A DNA stretch of 64,000 bases, from NCBI GenBank assembly GCA_963702575.1, contig CAVPCU010000008.1, positions 16,451 to 80,450 on the forward strand, in the 5' to 3' direction. A model generated the notes under the pieces. The model searched no databases and was not told where the DNA came from. It saw nothing but the letters and a program-made list of their open reading frames with translations. The position numbers and the translations under genes are program-made. Shown here one piece after another: positions 34,247 to 42,964 of the stretch (position 1 is its first letter; each line of letters opens with the position of its first letter). This stretch comes from an uncultured Solirubrobacterales bacterium. Lineage in GTDB: Bacteria; Actinomycetota; Thermoleophilia; Solirubrobacterales; 70-9.

Positions 34247-36003
34247 GACCTCGCCAACCCGGTGAGCCTGGTCGCCGTGCGGTAGTAGGTGCTGTCGGTC
34301 TGCAGCGCGCTCGCCGTGTCGAACGCCTCGAGGCGGCCGTCGACGATCACCATCACCCGGTCGCAGATGTCGAGCGTCGACATCCGGTGGGCGACGACGA
34401 ACAGGGTGAGATCGCGCTGCAGCCCGGCCAGCGAGTCCTGGATCAGGCGCTCGGCGTGCGGGTCGAGGGCGCTGGTCGGCTCGTCGAGGACGAGCACCTC
34501 GGGGTGGGCGGCGAGCGCGCGGGCGAGGCAGATGCGCTGCTGCTGGCCACCCGAGACGGCGTCGGCGCGGGGGCCGATCAGGGTGTCGTAGCCCGCCGAC
34601 CAGGTGACGATCTCGTCGTGGATGCCGGCGAGGCGGGCGGCGCGCTCGACCGCGCGGTCCTCGAGCGGGCGGAAGAAGCGGATGTTGTCGGTGACCGAGG
34701 CGTGCAGCAGGCGCGGTTCCTGCGGCAGGTAGGCGACCGCGCGGTGCCAGTCCTCGCGGCTGTAGCGCTCGGCGGGCACGCCGTTGACGAGGAAGCGGCC
34801 CGAGCTCGGTGAGCGCAACCCGAGCAGGATCTGGACGACCGTCGACTTGCCGGCTCCGGTGGGCCCGACGACGCCGATCGTCTCGCGCGCGCCGACCTCG
34901 AAGCCGACCTGCGAGAGGACGGGCTGACCGGGCTCGTAGGCAAAGGAGACGTCCTCGAAGGCGAGCGTCTCGACCGACTCGAGCGCCTCGCCGCCGGCGT
35001 GCTCGACGTCCTCGTCGTAGCGGCGCTGTGCTTCCTGCACGCGCTCCAGGTAGGGCAGCGACTGGGCCACCGACTGGTAGGCGCCCTGGGCCTGCTGGCC
35101 GTAGGCGCTCGCCCGCACCAGCAGCAGGACGACGGCGCCGAGCGAGGCGACCTGGCCGCCGCCGCTCGCGTAGAGGATCGCGAGGGCGACGACGACGAGC
35201 AGGTAGATCAGGCTCTGGTAGATGCCGGGCACGAGGTTGGCCAGCAGCTGGGTCTGGAAGTAGGGCTTGCGCAGGGCGCCGGCCAGGCCGTCGACGCGCT
35301 CTCGCTGCGCCTCGCCGACGCCGAACACGTGCGTCTCCTCCGCCAGCCGAACCGCTTCGTTGACGCCGCGCGCGTACTCGCTCTGGGCGGTCGAGACCGC
35401 GTGGCTGCCCCGCCGCCCGGCGGCGCTCAGCGGCCGCAGCAGGGCGAACAGGCCGGCGGCGGCGACCAGCACGACCACCGCCGCGAGCACGTTGAGGGCG
35501 AAGGCCGAGAGGACGAGGACGAGGAAGGTGAGGACGGCGATCAGCAGCGCGGTCGCCGCGCGCGCGCCGGCGATCGACTGGCCGATCTGGTTGGTCGCGA
35601 ACTCCTGCAGCTGCCCCTCGCGGTCGCGCGACTGCACGTCCCAGGAGGCGCGGGCGTAGGCGGCGAAGAGCTCGCCGCGGAGCTGCTCCTGCATGTCGGC
35701 GGCGACCCGCGCCGGCACCACCGAGACGACGATCTGGAGGGCGAAGCGGGCCAGGGCGAGGACGAAGGCGAAGATCAGCAGGCCGCGCAGGCCTTCGTCG
35801 ACGTGCAGGGCGCCGATGTCCACGCGCACCCGCGAGGCGCCGTCGACCAGGGTCGCGGCGGTCTGGGCGAGCAACGCGAGGATTCCCGACTCGGCCAGCC
35901 CGGAGAGAACGGAGGCGACCGCCAGCACGGCGATCAGGCTGCGCCGTCCGCCGAGCAACGGGCCCAGCCGAGACCACGTGCTCTGGATGGCTTTCTCCTG
36001 CAT
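34243..36003 (-). CDS. ABC exporter, fused permease + ATPase (MsbA/PglK-like)
   Basis: Six-TM N-half. Walker A GPTGAGKST, signature VSGGQQQR, Walker B VLVLDEPTSALD. Confidence 0.9.
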   Translation of the reverse strand: MQEKAIQSTWSRLGPLLGGRRSLIAVLAVASVLSGLAESGILALLAQTAATLVDGASRVRVDIGALHVDEGLRGLLIFAFVLALARFALQIVVSVVPARVAADMQEQLRGELFAAYARASWDVQSRDREGQLQEFATNQIGQSIAGARAATALLIAVLTFLVLVLSAFALNVLAAVVVLVAAAGLFALLRPLSAAGRRGSHAVSTAQSEYARGVNEAVRLAEETHVFGVGEAQRERVDGLAGALRKPYFQTQLLANLVPGIYQSLIYLLVVVALAILYASGGGQVASLGAVVLLLVRASAYGQQAQGAYQSVAQSLPYLERVQEAQRRYDEDVEHAGGEALESVETLAFEDVSFAYEPGQPVLSQVGFEVGARETIGVVGPTGAGKSTVVQILLGLRSPSSGRFLVNGVPAERYSREDWHRAVAYLPQEPRLLHASVTDNIRFFRPLEDRAVERAARLAGIHDEIVTWSAGYDTLIGPRADAVSGGQQQRICLARALAAHPEVLVLDEPTSALDPHAERLIQDSLAGLQRDLTLFVVAHRMSTLDICDRVMVIVDGRLEAFDTASALQTDSTYYRTATRLTGLARS

Positions 36004-36018
36004 ACCCCGCCGTTTATT

Positions 36019-37113
36019 CTACGCCGAGGTCGAAGGGGCGCCCGAGCCTCGCAGGATCGCCGCCAGCGTCGGCAGCCAGCGCGCCGGCGAGAACTCCTCC
36101 TCGACCCGGCGGCGGCCGACCTCGCCGAGGCGGGCGCGCAGGGCTGGGTCGCCGGCGAGAGCCTCCAGCGCCTCCAGCCACTCCCCCGGGCCGGTGGCGA
36201 CGTAGCCGGCGCCGCCCACCGTGGCGGCGGAGACGCCGACGTCGTCGGCGAGCGGCGGGATCCCGCTGGCCATGTACTGGAGCGCCTTGTAAGCGCACTT
36301 GCCGCGCGTCCACGGCGTGTCGTCGAGCGGCATCAGGCCGACGTCGATCTCGGCCAGCGCGGCGCGCTCGGCGGCGGGGCTCCAGGCGCGCTCCTCGACC
36401 GCGACGCGGGCGAGCGGCGGCGCCGGGCCGCCGACGACGATCAGCCGCAGCGGGCGCTCCGAGTCCCGGGCGAAGCGGTCGAGCGTCGCGGCTACGCCGC
36501 GCAGGTAGGGCGCCGTGGTCGGCGAGCCGATCCAGCCCAGGGTCAGCGCCTCGCCCTGCTCGTGGCGGCGCACGGCGTAGGCCTCGGGGTCGACCAGCGA
36601 GGGCACCACGGTGACCGCGTCGCCGTAGGCGGAGAGGTGCTCGGCGAGGATCTCGTTGCCGGCGATCACGTGCTCGGCCCGCTCGGCCAGCCAGCGGACC
36701 TTGCGCCCGGCGCCCTTGAGTGCGCCGAGGGGATGGCCGCCGCTCTGCCTGCCGGTGAGCCAGATCGCGTCGTCGACGTCGTAGACCAGCCGCCGCCCCG
36801 ACGCCGCCGCCCGCTCCAGCGCGAGCGAGGGAGCGAGGTCGACGTGGCGCTGGACGACCGCCGTGGAGGCCTCGCTCCCCGCCTCGCGCAGCCTTGCCGC
36901 CAGCCCGCGTCGCGCCGAAGCGAGGACGCGGGCCTTGCCGAGCGCCCCGGCGCGCCGGAAGCGGCCGGCCTCCTCGGCGGAGAAGAGCGGCAGCAGCTCG
37001 AGCGCGACGCCCTCGGCGGCGAGGCCGCGCCCGGGCAGCTCGAGGCGGACGCGAAAAGCCGCGTCGGAGGCTCCCTGGCAGGAGGTTGCGATCGCCTTCA
37101 CCCGTTGTCCCAC
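36019..37113 (-). CDS. glycosyltransferase family 4 (GT-B, Glycos_transf_1)
   Basis: C-terminal ...LMPLDDTPWTRGKCAYKALQYMASGIPPLADDVG...EWLEALEALAGDPALRARLG. The start is uncertain (GTG 37113 or downstream). Confidence 0.75.
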   Translation of the reverse strand: MGQRVKAIATSCQGASDAAFRVRLELPGRGLAAEGVALELLPLFSAEEAGRFRRAGALGKARVLASARRGLAARLREAGSEASTAVVQRHVDLAPSLALERAAASGRRLVYDVDDAIWLTGRQSGGHPLGALKGAGRKVRWLAERAEHVIAGNEILAEHLSAYGDAVTVVPSLVDPEAYAVRRHEQGEALTLGWIGSPTTAPYLRGVAATLDRFARDSERPLRLIVVGGPAPPLARVAVEERAWSPAAERAALAEIDVGLMPLDDTPWTRGKCAYKALQYMASGIPPLADDVGVSAATVGGAGYVATGPGEWLEALEALAGDPALRARLGEVGRRRVEEEFSPARWLPTLAAILRGSGAPSTSA

Positions 37114-37136
37114 CCGCCACTATTGTGACCCCTGGC

Positions 37137-38078
37137 ATGGGTCAGCCACCCGCATACGAGCGCCTCGGCACGCGCGGGCGGCTCGAACGGCGCGCCGCGG
37201 TGCTGCGCCGCGAGCTCTTCCTCGAGCTCGACCACGACCCCTCGCGCGCGGAGCTCGTCCTCGGCAGCGGCCGCGGCGGCACCACCTGGCTGGCGGAAGC
37301 GATCGCCCGCGAGCACCGCAGCCGCCTCATGTTCGAGCCCTTCCACCCGATCTGGGGGCCGCTCGGCGAGGAGCTGCGGCTCTTCCTCGACCCGGGCGTC
37401 GCGGCTCCGGGGCTCGAGCGTGCGGTCGACCGCCTGCTGGCCGGCCGGGTGCGCAGCGGCCACGTCGACCAGGTGCCGACGGCACGCCTGACGCACGGCC
37501 GCGTGCTCAAGGACATCCACGCCACCAACCTGCTCCCCTGGCTGCGCGCCCGCCATCCCCAGCTGCCGATCGTCTACCTCCTCCGTCACCCGATCGCCAC
37601 CTCCTTCTCACGCCTGCGCTCCGACGTCTTCAGCGGCCTCGGCCCCTACCTGGCGACGCCGCGCGGGCGCGCCGACGCCGAGGACTCGCCGGTCGCCGCC
37701 TGGCTGCCGCTGTACGACCGCTACCGCGAGGACCCCGAGCCGCTGGTGGGCCTGGTCGCCGAATGGTGCATCGAGAACGTCTACCCGCTGAGCCGCATCG
37801 AGGCGGATTCCGCCAAGCTCGAGTTCTACGAGACGCTCGTCCTCGACCCGGCGGCCGAGGCGGCGCGCCGCCCCTCGGCGATGGACTGGCTCGGTACGGC
37901 CAAGGCCGCCAGTCGCTCGGGGGACTGGCGGGCGGTCCTCGGCCGCTGGCAGAGCGAGGTCCCGCACCCACTGGTCGAGCGCTGCCTCGCGGTGCTCGCC
38001 GAGTTCGGCCTCGAGGGTCTCTACGGCGAGGACCCGCTGCCGCTGGGCGAGGGGCGTGCGAGTGCCCGCCCGGGCTGA
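37137..38078 (+). CDS. sulfotransferase-like P-loop protein (third one in the locus)
   Basis: LVLGSGRGGTTWLAEAI (PSB-like loop) and IVYLLRHPIATSFS (3'-PB-like R-x-P...S). ATG at 37137. Confidence 0.55.
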   Translation: MGQPPAYERLGTRGRLERRAAVLRRELFLELDHDPSRAELVLGSGRGGTTWLAEAIAREHRSRLMFEPFHPIWGPLGEELRLFLDPGVAAPGLERAVDRLLAGRVRSGHVDQVPTARLTHGRVLKDIHATNLLPWLRARHPQLPIVYLLRHPIATSFSRLRSDVFSGLGPYLATPRGRADAEDSPVAAWLPLYDRYREDPEPLVGLVAEWCIENVYPLSRIEADSAKLEFYETLVLDPAAEAARRPSAMDWLGTAKAASRSGDWRAVLGRWQSEVPHPLVERCLAVLAEFGLEGLYGEDPLPLGEGRASARPG

Positions 38079-39360
38079 GGCCTGGCGCGGCGCCGGGCCG
38101 GCGCTGCGCGTGCTCTACGTCTGCTACCTCTCGCTCGAGGACCCGCTCGCGCACAGCCAAGTCGTCGCCTACCTGGCCGGGCTCGCCGAGCGCGGCCACG
38201 TCGTCCACCTGATGACCTTCGAGCCGGGCGCCGCGGCGGCCGGCGCCGCGCGCGAGACCGAGGCGGCGCTCGCCGCGCGCGAGACCGAGGCGGCACTCGC
38301 CGCGCGCGGGATCGCCTGGCACCGGCGCCGCTACCACAAGCGCCCCTCGCTGCCCGCGACCCTGTTCGACGCCCTCGCCGGAGCGCTGGCGGCGGCGCGG
38401 CTGGTGCGCCGCCACCGGCTCGACGCGATCCACGCCCGCAACCACGTGCCGGCGGCGATCGCGCTGATCGCCTGCCGACTGGCCGGCTGCCGGATGATCT
38501 TCGACCTCCGCGGCCTGATGGCGGAGGAGTACGCCGACGCCGGGATCTGGAAGCGCGGCGGCCTCGCCTACCGGCTGACGCAGTGGGTCCAGCGGGTCGC
38601 GCTGCGGCGGGCCGACGGCCTCGTCACCCTGACCGAGGCCGTCCGCCCCCACCTGAGCGAGGCGCGGGCCGGCCCGGAGACGACGTTCGTCATCCCCTGC
38701 TGCGCCGACTTCGAGCGGATCGAGGCGCGCGCGCCCGAACGCGAGGCGGCGCGGCGCGAGCTCGAGGCGGGCGAGCGCCCGGCGATGGTCTACGTCGGCA
38801 AGTTCACCGGCTGGTACATGGAGCGCGAGATGGCGGAGCTCTTCGCCGTCGCCAGGCGCTCGCAGCCCGGCCTGCTCTTCGTCGTCGTCACCCAGGCCGA
38901 CCCGGCGCCGATGCTGGCCGAGCTCGGCCGCTGCGAGATCGGGCCCGAGGACTACCGGGTGCTGCGCGCCGAGCCGGGGGAGATCGGGCGCTACCTCGCC
39001 GCCGCCGACTTCGGCATCTCCTTCGTGCGGCCCTGCTTCTCGAAGATCTCCTCCTCGCCGACCAAGATCGGCGAGTACCTGGCCGCCGGCCTGCCGGTCC
39101 TCTCGACCGCGCGGATCGGCGACGTCGACGAGCTGCTCGGCGCGAACCGCGTCGGCGCCCTGATCGACGAGTTCTCGGCGGCGGGCTACGAGGCCGCGGC
39201 GGCGACGATGCGCGAGCTCTGCGCGGACCCCGGGACGAGCGAGCGCTGCCGCGCGGTCGCCCGCCGCGAGCTCTCCCTGCGCGAGGTCGGCATCCCGCGC
39301 TACGACGCGCTCTACCGGCGCCTCGCAGCGAGCGGCGAGCGCAGCTTGGCGCCGAGGTAG
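38056..39360 (+). CDS. glycosyltransferase family 4
   Basis: LRVLYVCYLSLEDPLAHSQVV...; C-terminal half FVRPCFSKISSSPTKIGEYLAAGLPVLS (E-x7-E-like region). Contains a 27-nt in-frame tandem duplication at 38248-38301. Confidence 0.75.
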   Translation: MRVPARAEAWRGAGPALRVLYVCYLSLEDPLAHSQVVAYLAGLAERGHVVHLMTFEPGAAAAGAARETEAALAARETEAALAARGIAWHRRRYHKRPSLPATLFDALAGALAAARLVRRHRLDAIHARNHVPAAIALIACRLAGCRMIFDLRGLMAEEYADAGIWKRGGLAYRLTQWVQRVALRRADGLVTLTEAVRPHLSEARAGPETTFVIPCCADFERIEARAPEREAARRELEAGERPAMVYVGKFTGWYMEREMAELFAVARRSQPGLLFVVVTQADPAPMLAELGRCEIGPEDYRVLRAEPGEIGRYLAAADFGISFVRPCFSKISSSPTKIGEYLAAGLPVLSTARIGDVDELLGANRVGALIDEFSAAGYEAAAATMRELCADPGTSERCRAVARRELSLREVGIPRYDALYRRLAASGERSLAPR

Positions 39361-40364
39361 CCGCGCGCGACCGGCGAGAGCAGCAGCCGCCGGTAGCACA
39401 GCGCCTCGCGGCCGGCGGCGAGGCGCAGGCCCGGGCTTCCCTTCAGCGCCGCCTGCGCGAGGATGTCGACGCGCTGCAGGTCGGCGGCGTCGCGGATCTC
39501 GGCCGCCGCGCCCGGCTCGCGGGCGAGGAAGGCGGTCTCGACGCGGTCGAGCAGGCGCAGCCCCTCGCCGAGGTCGGCGGCACCGGTCGTGGCGTCCATC
39601 CGGTTGACCAGCACCCGGTGGGCGCCGGGGCTCGGCCGGAGGTCGAGCGTGCGCTCGAGGTAGCGCCGAGCGCAGAGGACGAAGTTCTCGACCTGGAGGC
39701 GCTCGTGGCGCAGCGAGACGCCGTCGGGGTCGATCCGGATCCTCATCAGCGGCTCGGCGAGGTTGCCGAAGCCGGCGCCGGCCGAGAGCATCCGGGTGAA
39801 GGTCTCGTAGTCCTCGGTGTGGAGGCTGTCCGCCGCCGCCCCGTAGGGGTGCGCGCGCATGACCGCCGCCCGCGCGATCAGCGTCGGGTGCATCACCGGG
39901 GTGGCGAAAAGCGCCGCGAACCGCGCCCCGCCGGGGCCGAGGCAGCGCAGCGGCCGCGGCGGCGGCGGGCGGCGGCCGTCGGCGCCGATCAATGTGGCGG
40001 CGGTGCCGAGGAGGTCGATCTCCGGCCGGGCGGCCAGCGCCGCGACCTGGCGCTCGATCCGCTCCGGCATCGCCACGTCGTCGGCGTCCATCCGCGCGAT
40101 CAGCTCGCCGCGGGCCTCGGCGACGCCGCGGTCGAGCGTCCCGATCACCCCCAGGTTCGACGGGTTGGAGAGGAGGCGGACGCGCTCGTCGCGGGAGGCG
40201 TAGTCCGCGAGGATCGCCGCCGTGCGGTCGCTCGAGGCGTCGTCGATGGCGAGGATCTCGAGCCTGGCGTAGGTCTGGGCGAGCAGCGAGTCGAGCGCCG
40301 CGCCGAGCGTGCGCTCGGCCTCGAAGCAGGGCAACAGCACCGAGACCAGCGGCGACCCGCTCAC
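39312..40364 (-). CDS. glycosyltransferase family 2
   Basis: VSVLLPCFEAERTLGAALDSLLAQTYARLEILAIDDASSDRT...ARMDADD. The GTG at 40364 overlaps the upstream TGA (GTGA). Confidence 0.85.
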   Translation of the reverse strand: MSGSPLVSVLLPCFEAERTLGAALDSLLAQTYARLEILAIDDASSDRTAAILADYASRDERVRLLSNPSNLGVIGTLDRGVAEARGELIARMDADDVAMPERIERQVAALAARPEIDLLGTAATLIGADGRRPPPPRPLRCLGPGGARFAALFATPVMHPTLIARAAVMRAHPYGAAADSLHTEDYETFTRMLSAGAGFGNLAEPLMRIRIDPDGVSLRHERLQVENFVLCARRYLERTLDLRPSPGAHRVLVNRMDATTGAADLGEGLRLLDRVETAFLAREPGAAAEIRDAADLQRVDILAQAALKGSPGLRLAAGREALCYRRLLLSPVARGYLGAKLRSPLAARRR

Positions 40365-41344
40365 GATCCGAGGCCGTCGCGGACGGCTTTGCGCAGCAGC
40401 GGGTTCGCCGGCCACTGCCAGGCCGCCGCCAGCAGGGCGCCGGCGCGGCGGCGGCCGCCCGAGCCGGCGCGGTAGCGCCAGAGCTGGTAGTCGGAGCGGC
40501 AGCGCCGCCGCTCGCCCGCGGTGACCAGCGGGTAGCGCTCGCGCGCCTCGAGCGTCGCCGCGAGCCGGGCCGAGCCGCCGAACGGGACGCCGTTGAAGCT
40601 GTGCGGCGCGGGGGTCTCGAAGGGCACGTGGCGAAGCTCTTGCTCGATCAGCTCGCGCTCCGGTGCGGTGATCTGGTCGGCGTCGGCGGGCAGCAGGGTG
40701 GCCCGGGTGACCGAGGGGTGGAGGTGCCAGATGCAGGTGTCGGCCAGGTCCCTGGCGACGTTGAAGGGCGCCGGCGCGAGGCCGGAGCGGTAGAAGCGGT
40801 AGCTGTGCTCGGTGTGGCCCCAGCGGCGGTACTCGGCGAAGCGCGGGTGCCACCCCCCCACCTGCTCCAGCCCGGGGCCGGTGAAGAAGTTGAAGCCGGC
40901 GCTGCCGAACATGCCGTGCAGGACACGGTGCCCGGCGATCGTCGACTCGCCGGTCGGCTTGCGCACCCGCGCCCGGTTGAAGAGCGAGAAGTGGTGGATG
41001 CCGCTCGCCCGGGCCAGCTCGACGTGCGCCGCGAAGACCGAGCCGTCGACCAGCTCGACGTCGTCCTCGACGAAGAAGTAGTGGTCGAACTCGGGGAAGC
41101 GGACGAAGGCGCGGTTCTTGGCGATCCCGACGCCCTCGCGGCGCTCCGAGCTGACCAGCGGGATCCCCCACTCCTGGCAGAAGCGAACGGTCTCCTCGTC
41201 GGCGCCGTCGAGCGAGACGAGCAGGGAGAGGCGCGGGTCGCGGGCGCAGAGCTCGGCGAAGTGCGGCAGGTAGCGGCGCACGTATTGCGGCCGGTCGCAG
41301 GTGGTCACGCAGACCAGCGCGCGGTAGTCCTCCGGCGCCGTCAT
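40361..41344 (-). CDS. GT-A-fold glycosyltransferase-like protein (GT2-like, divergent)
   Basis: LVCVTTCDRPQYVRRYLPHF...FFVEDDVELVDG. The ATG at 41344 overlaps the upstream TGA (ATGA). Confidence 0.55.
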   Translation of the reverse strand: MTAPEDYRALVCVTTCDRPQYVRRYLPHFAELCARDPRLSLLVSLDGADEETVRFCQEWGIPLVSSERREGVGIAKNRAFVRFPEFDHYFFVEDDVELVDGSVFAAHVELARASGIHHFSLFNRARVRKPTGESTIAGHRVLHGMFGSAGFNFFTGPGLEQVGGWHPRFAEYRRWGHTEHSYRFYRSGLAPAPFNVARDLADTCIWHLHPSVTRATLLPADADQITAPERELIEQELRHVPFETPAPHSFNGVPFGGSARLAATLEARERYPLVTAGERRRCRSDYQLWRYRAGSGGRRRAGALLAAAWQWPANPLLRKAVRDGLGS

Positions 41345-42252
41345 ACCGCCACCCGCTCGCGCAGCGCGGCGAGCGCCGAGCCAGCCGCGGCCGAGTCGAA
41401 CTTGCGCGCGAACAGCGCCTCGCTCTCGAGCATCGCCGGCAGGTCCCCGGCGCCGAGGGCCCGCGGGTGGCTCCCGCCCGCCGGCCAGCGCATGAAGCGC
41501 AGCGAGTCGTCGACGACCTCGTGCTCGTCGGCGAACTCGGTGCCCGCGAGGATGCTCTGGAAGAAGAGCTCGTCGGGGCAGAGCGTGTGCTCGTGGTAGC
41601 GGCGGTAGCCGGGGTGCTCGGCGAGGAAGCCGAGCACCCGCTCGGCCGCGGCGCGGCTCAGGTTCCACCACTGCGAGCCGCCGTAGGGGCGCGCGTAGGC
41701 GGGGAAGCGGCGGGCGGGCCTGAGCGCGGAGCGCGCCCGCAGCAGCTCGTTCAGCAGCCGCCCCCTGCGGTTGAGGAAGCTCGTGTCCTCGCCGCGGGGG
41801 ACGCAGGTCTCGCGCCGGCCGCGGAGGGTGTAGGTGTAGAAGTCGGTGCGGTCGCGGCCTTCGAAGCGCCAGCGCGGGTCGGGCAGGGGGAAGTGGTCGA
41901 GGTAGCTGCGCGACCCGGCCGCCTCGGCGAGCTCGAGGATCTCCTCGACCGGGCGCAGGGGGAAGTCCTGGCCGCTGATCAGGACGAAGTACCCGCAGCC
42001 CTCGGCGAGGCCGCGGGCGAGGCCCTCGAGCGCGGCGTCGACGAGCTGGGGGCTCCCCCAGGTGGCGGCGTGGCGCGGCAGCAGCGCGACGTCGTCCAGC
42101 CCGGCCTCCGTCAGGGCGGCGGCGAACCCGTCCAGCGGAGAGCGCCGGTCGACGTGCAGGTAGGCGCGAGCCCGCGGGTGGCGCAGCGCCGAGAGCAGGA
42201 GGGCGAGCTGGCCCGGCCGCTCGTGCGCGAGGACGATGCAGGCGAGCTTCAC
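41341..42252 (-). CDS. Core-2/I-branching-type glycosyltransferase (GT14, Branch domain)
   Basis: MKLACIVLAHERPGQLALLLSAL...YLHVDRRS...ATWGSPQLVDAALEGL...YFVLISGQDFPLRP is the typical Branch-family N-half. Confidence 0.75.
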   Translation of the reverse strand: MKLACIVLAHERPGQLALLLSALRHPRARAYLHVDRRSPLDGFAAALTEAGLDDVALLPRHAATWGSPQLVDAALEGLARGLAEGCGYFVLISGQDFPLRPVEEILELAEAAGSRSYLDHFPLPDPRWRFEGRDRTDFYTYTLRGRRETCVPRGEDTSFLNRRGRLLNELLRARSALRPARRFPAYARPYGGSQWWNLSRAAAERVLGFLAEHPGYRRYHEHTLCPDELFFQSILAGTEFADEHEVVDDSLRFMRWPAGGSHPRALGAGDLPAMLESEALFARKFDSAAAGSALAALRERVAV

Positions 42253-42265
42253 CGGGGCCGCCGCC

Positions 42266-42958
42266 TCAGAGGCACTCGTCGATCAGGGCCGGCGTCAGCG
42301 GCTGGGTGAACAGTGCCTGCTTGGCCCGGATCTCCTCGTGGCTCCAGGTCCACCACGAGGAGGCGAGCAGCCGCTCGACGACCTCCTCCTCGAAGCGGAA
42401 GCGCACGGGCTCGGCCGGGGCGCCGGCGGCGATCGCGTAGGGCGGCACGTCGCGGGAGACGACCGAGCCGGCGCCGATCACCGCTCCGGTGCCGATGCTC
42501 ACCCCCGCCATCACGTGGGCGCCGGCGCCGATCCAGACGTCGTGGCCGATCCGGATCGGGCCGGCGCTGAGGATCTCCTCCTCGATCGGCCGGCCGAGGA
42601 CGTTGCGGCCGACGTAGTAGGTGGAGATGCGGCTCGGGTCGTGGCCGAACCCGTGCACGCCGATGCCGCGCGCGAGCGAGCAGAAGTTGCCGATCTCGAC
42701 CGGGTTGCCGCGGGCGGCGACGTGGATGTCCGGCCCCCACAGGGAGGAGTTCGCCCCGATCCTCACCGGCCCGGAGAGGGTGACGCGGTGGAGGCGGGCG
42801 TACGCGCCGACCTCGACCGGCCCGTGCAGCGCCGAGGCGGTGACGCTCGCCAGCGGCGAGACCTGGGCGGCGGTGTCGATGCGATTCGGTCGCCTCGCCG
42901 AGCGCAGCGCGAGATCGAGCAACCGCAGCCTCGCTCTCGCAGGAAATGGCGAAGACAT
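42266..42958 (-). CDS. hexapeptide-repeat (LbH) O-acetyltransferase
   Basis: IGHDVWIGAGAHVMAGVSIGTGAVIGAGSVVSRDVPPYAIAAG. Confidence 0.85.
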   Translation of the reverse strand: MSSPFPARARLRLLDLALRSARRPNRIDTAAQVSPLASVTASALHGPVEVGAYARLHRVTLSGPVRIGANSSLWGPDIHVAARGNPVEIGNFCSLARGIGVHGFGHDPSRISTYYVGRNVLGRPIEEEILSAGPIRIGHDVWIGAGAHVMAGVSIGTGAVIGAGSVVSRDVPPYAIAAGAPAEPVRFRFEEEVVERLLASSWWTWSHEEIRAKQALFTQPLTPALIDECL

Positions 42959-42964
42959 GGACTT

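Noticed and set aside
33632-39399. Long overlapping ORFs 33632..35977(-), 34999..37128(+), 36014..37138(-), 36863..38212(+), 37630..39399(-), 38583..40475(+)
   Set aside because: All have shadow-frame composition (R/G/P/A runs). Each overlaps a gene with clear catalytic motifs (ABC exporter, GT4, sulfotransferase, GT2) in another frame or strand.
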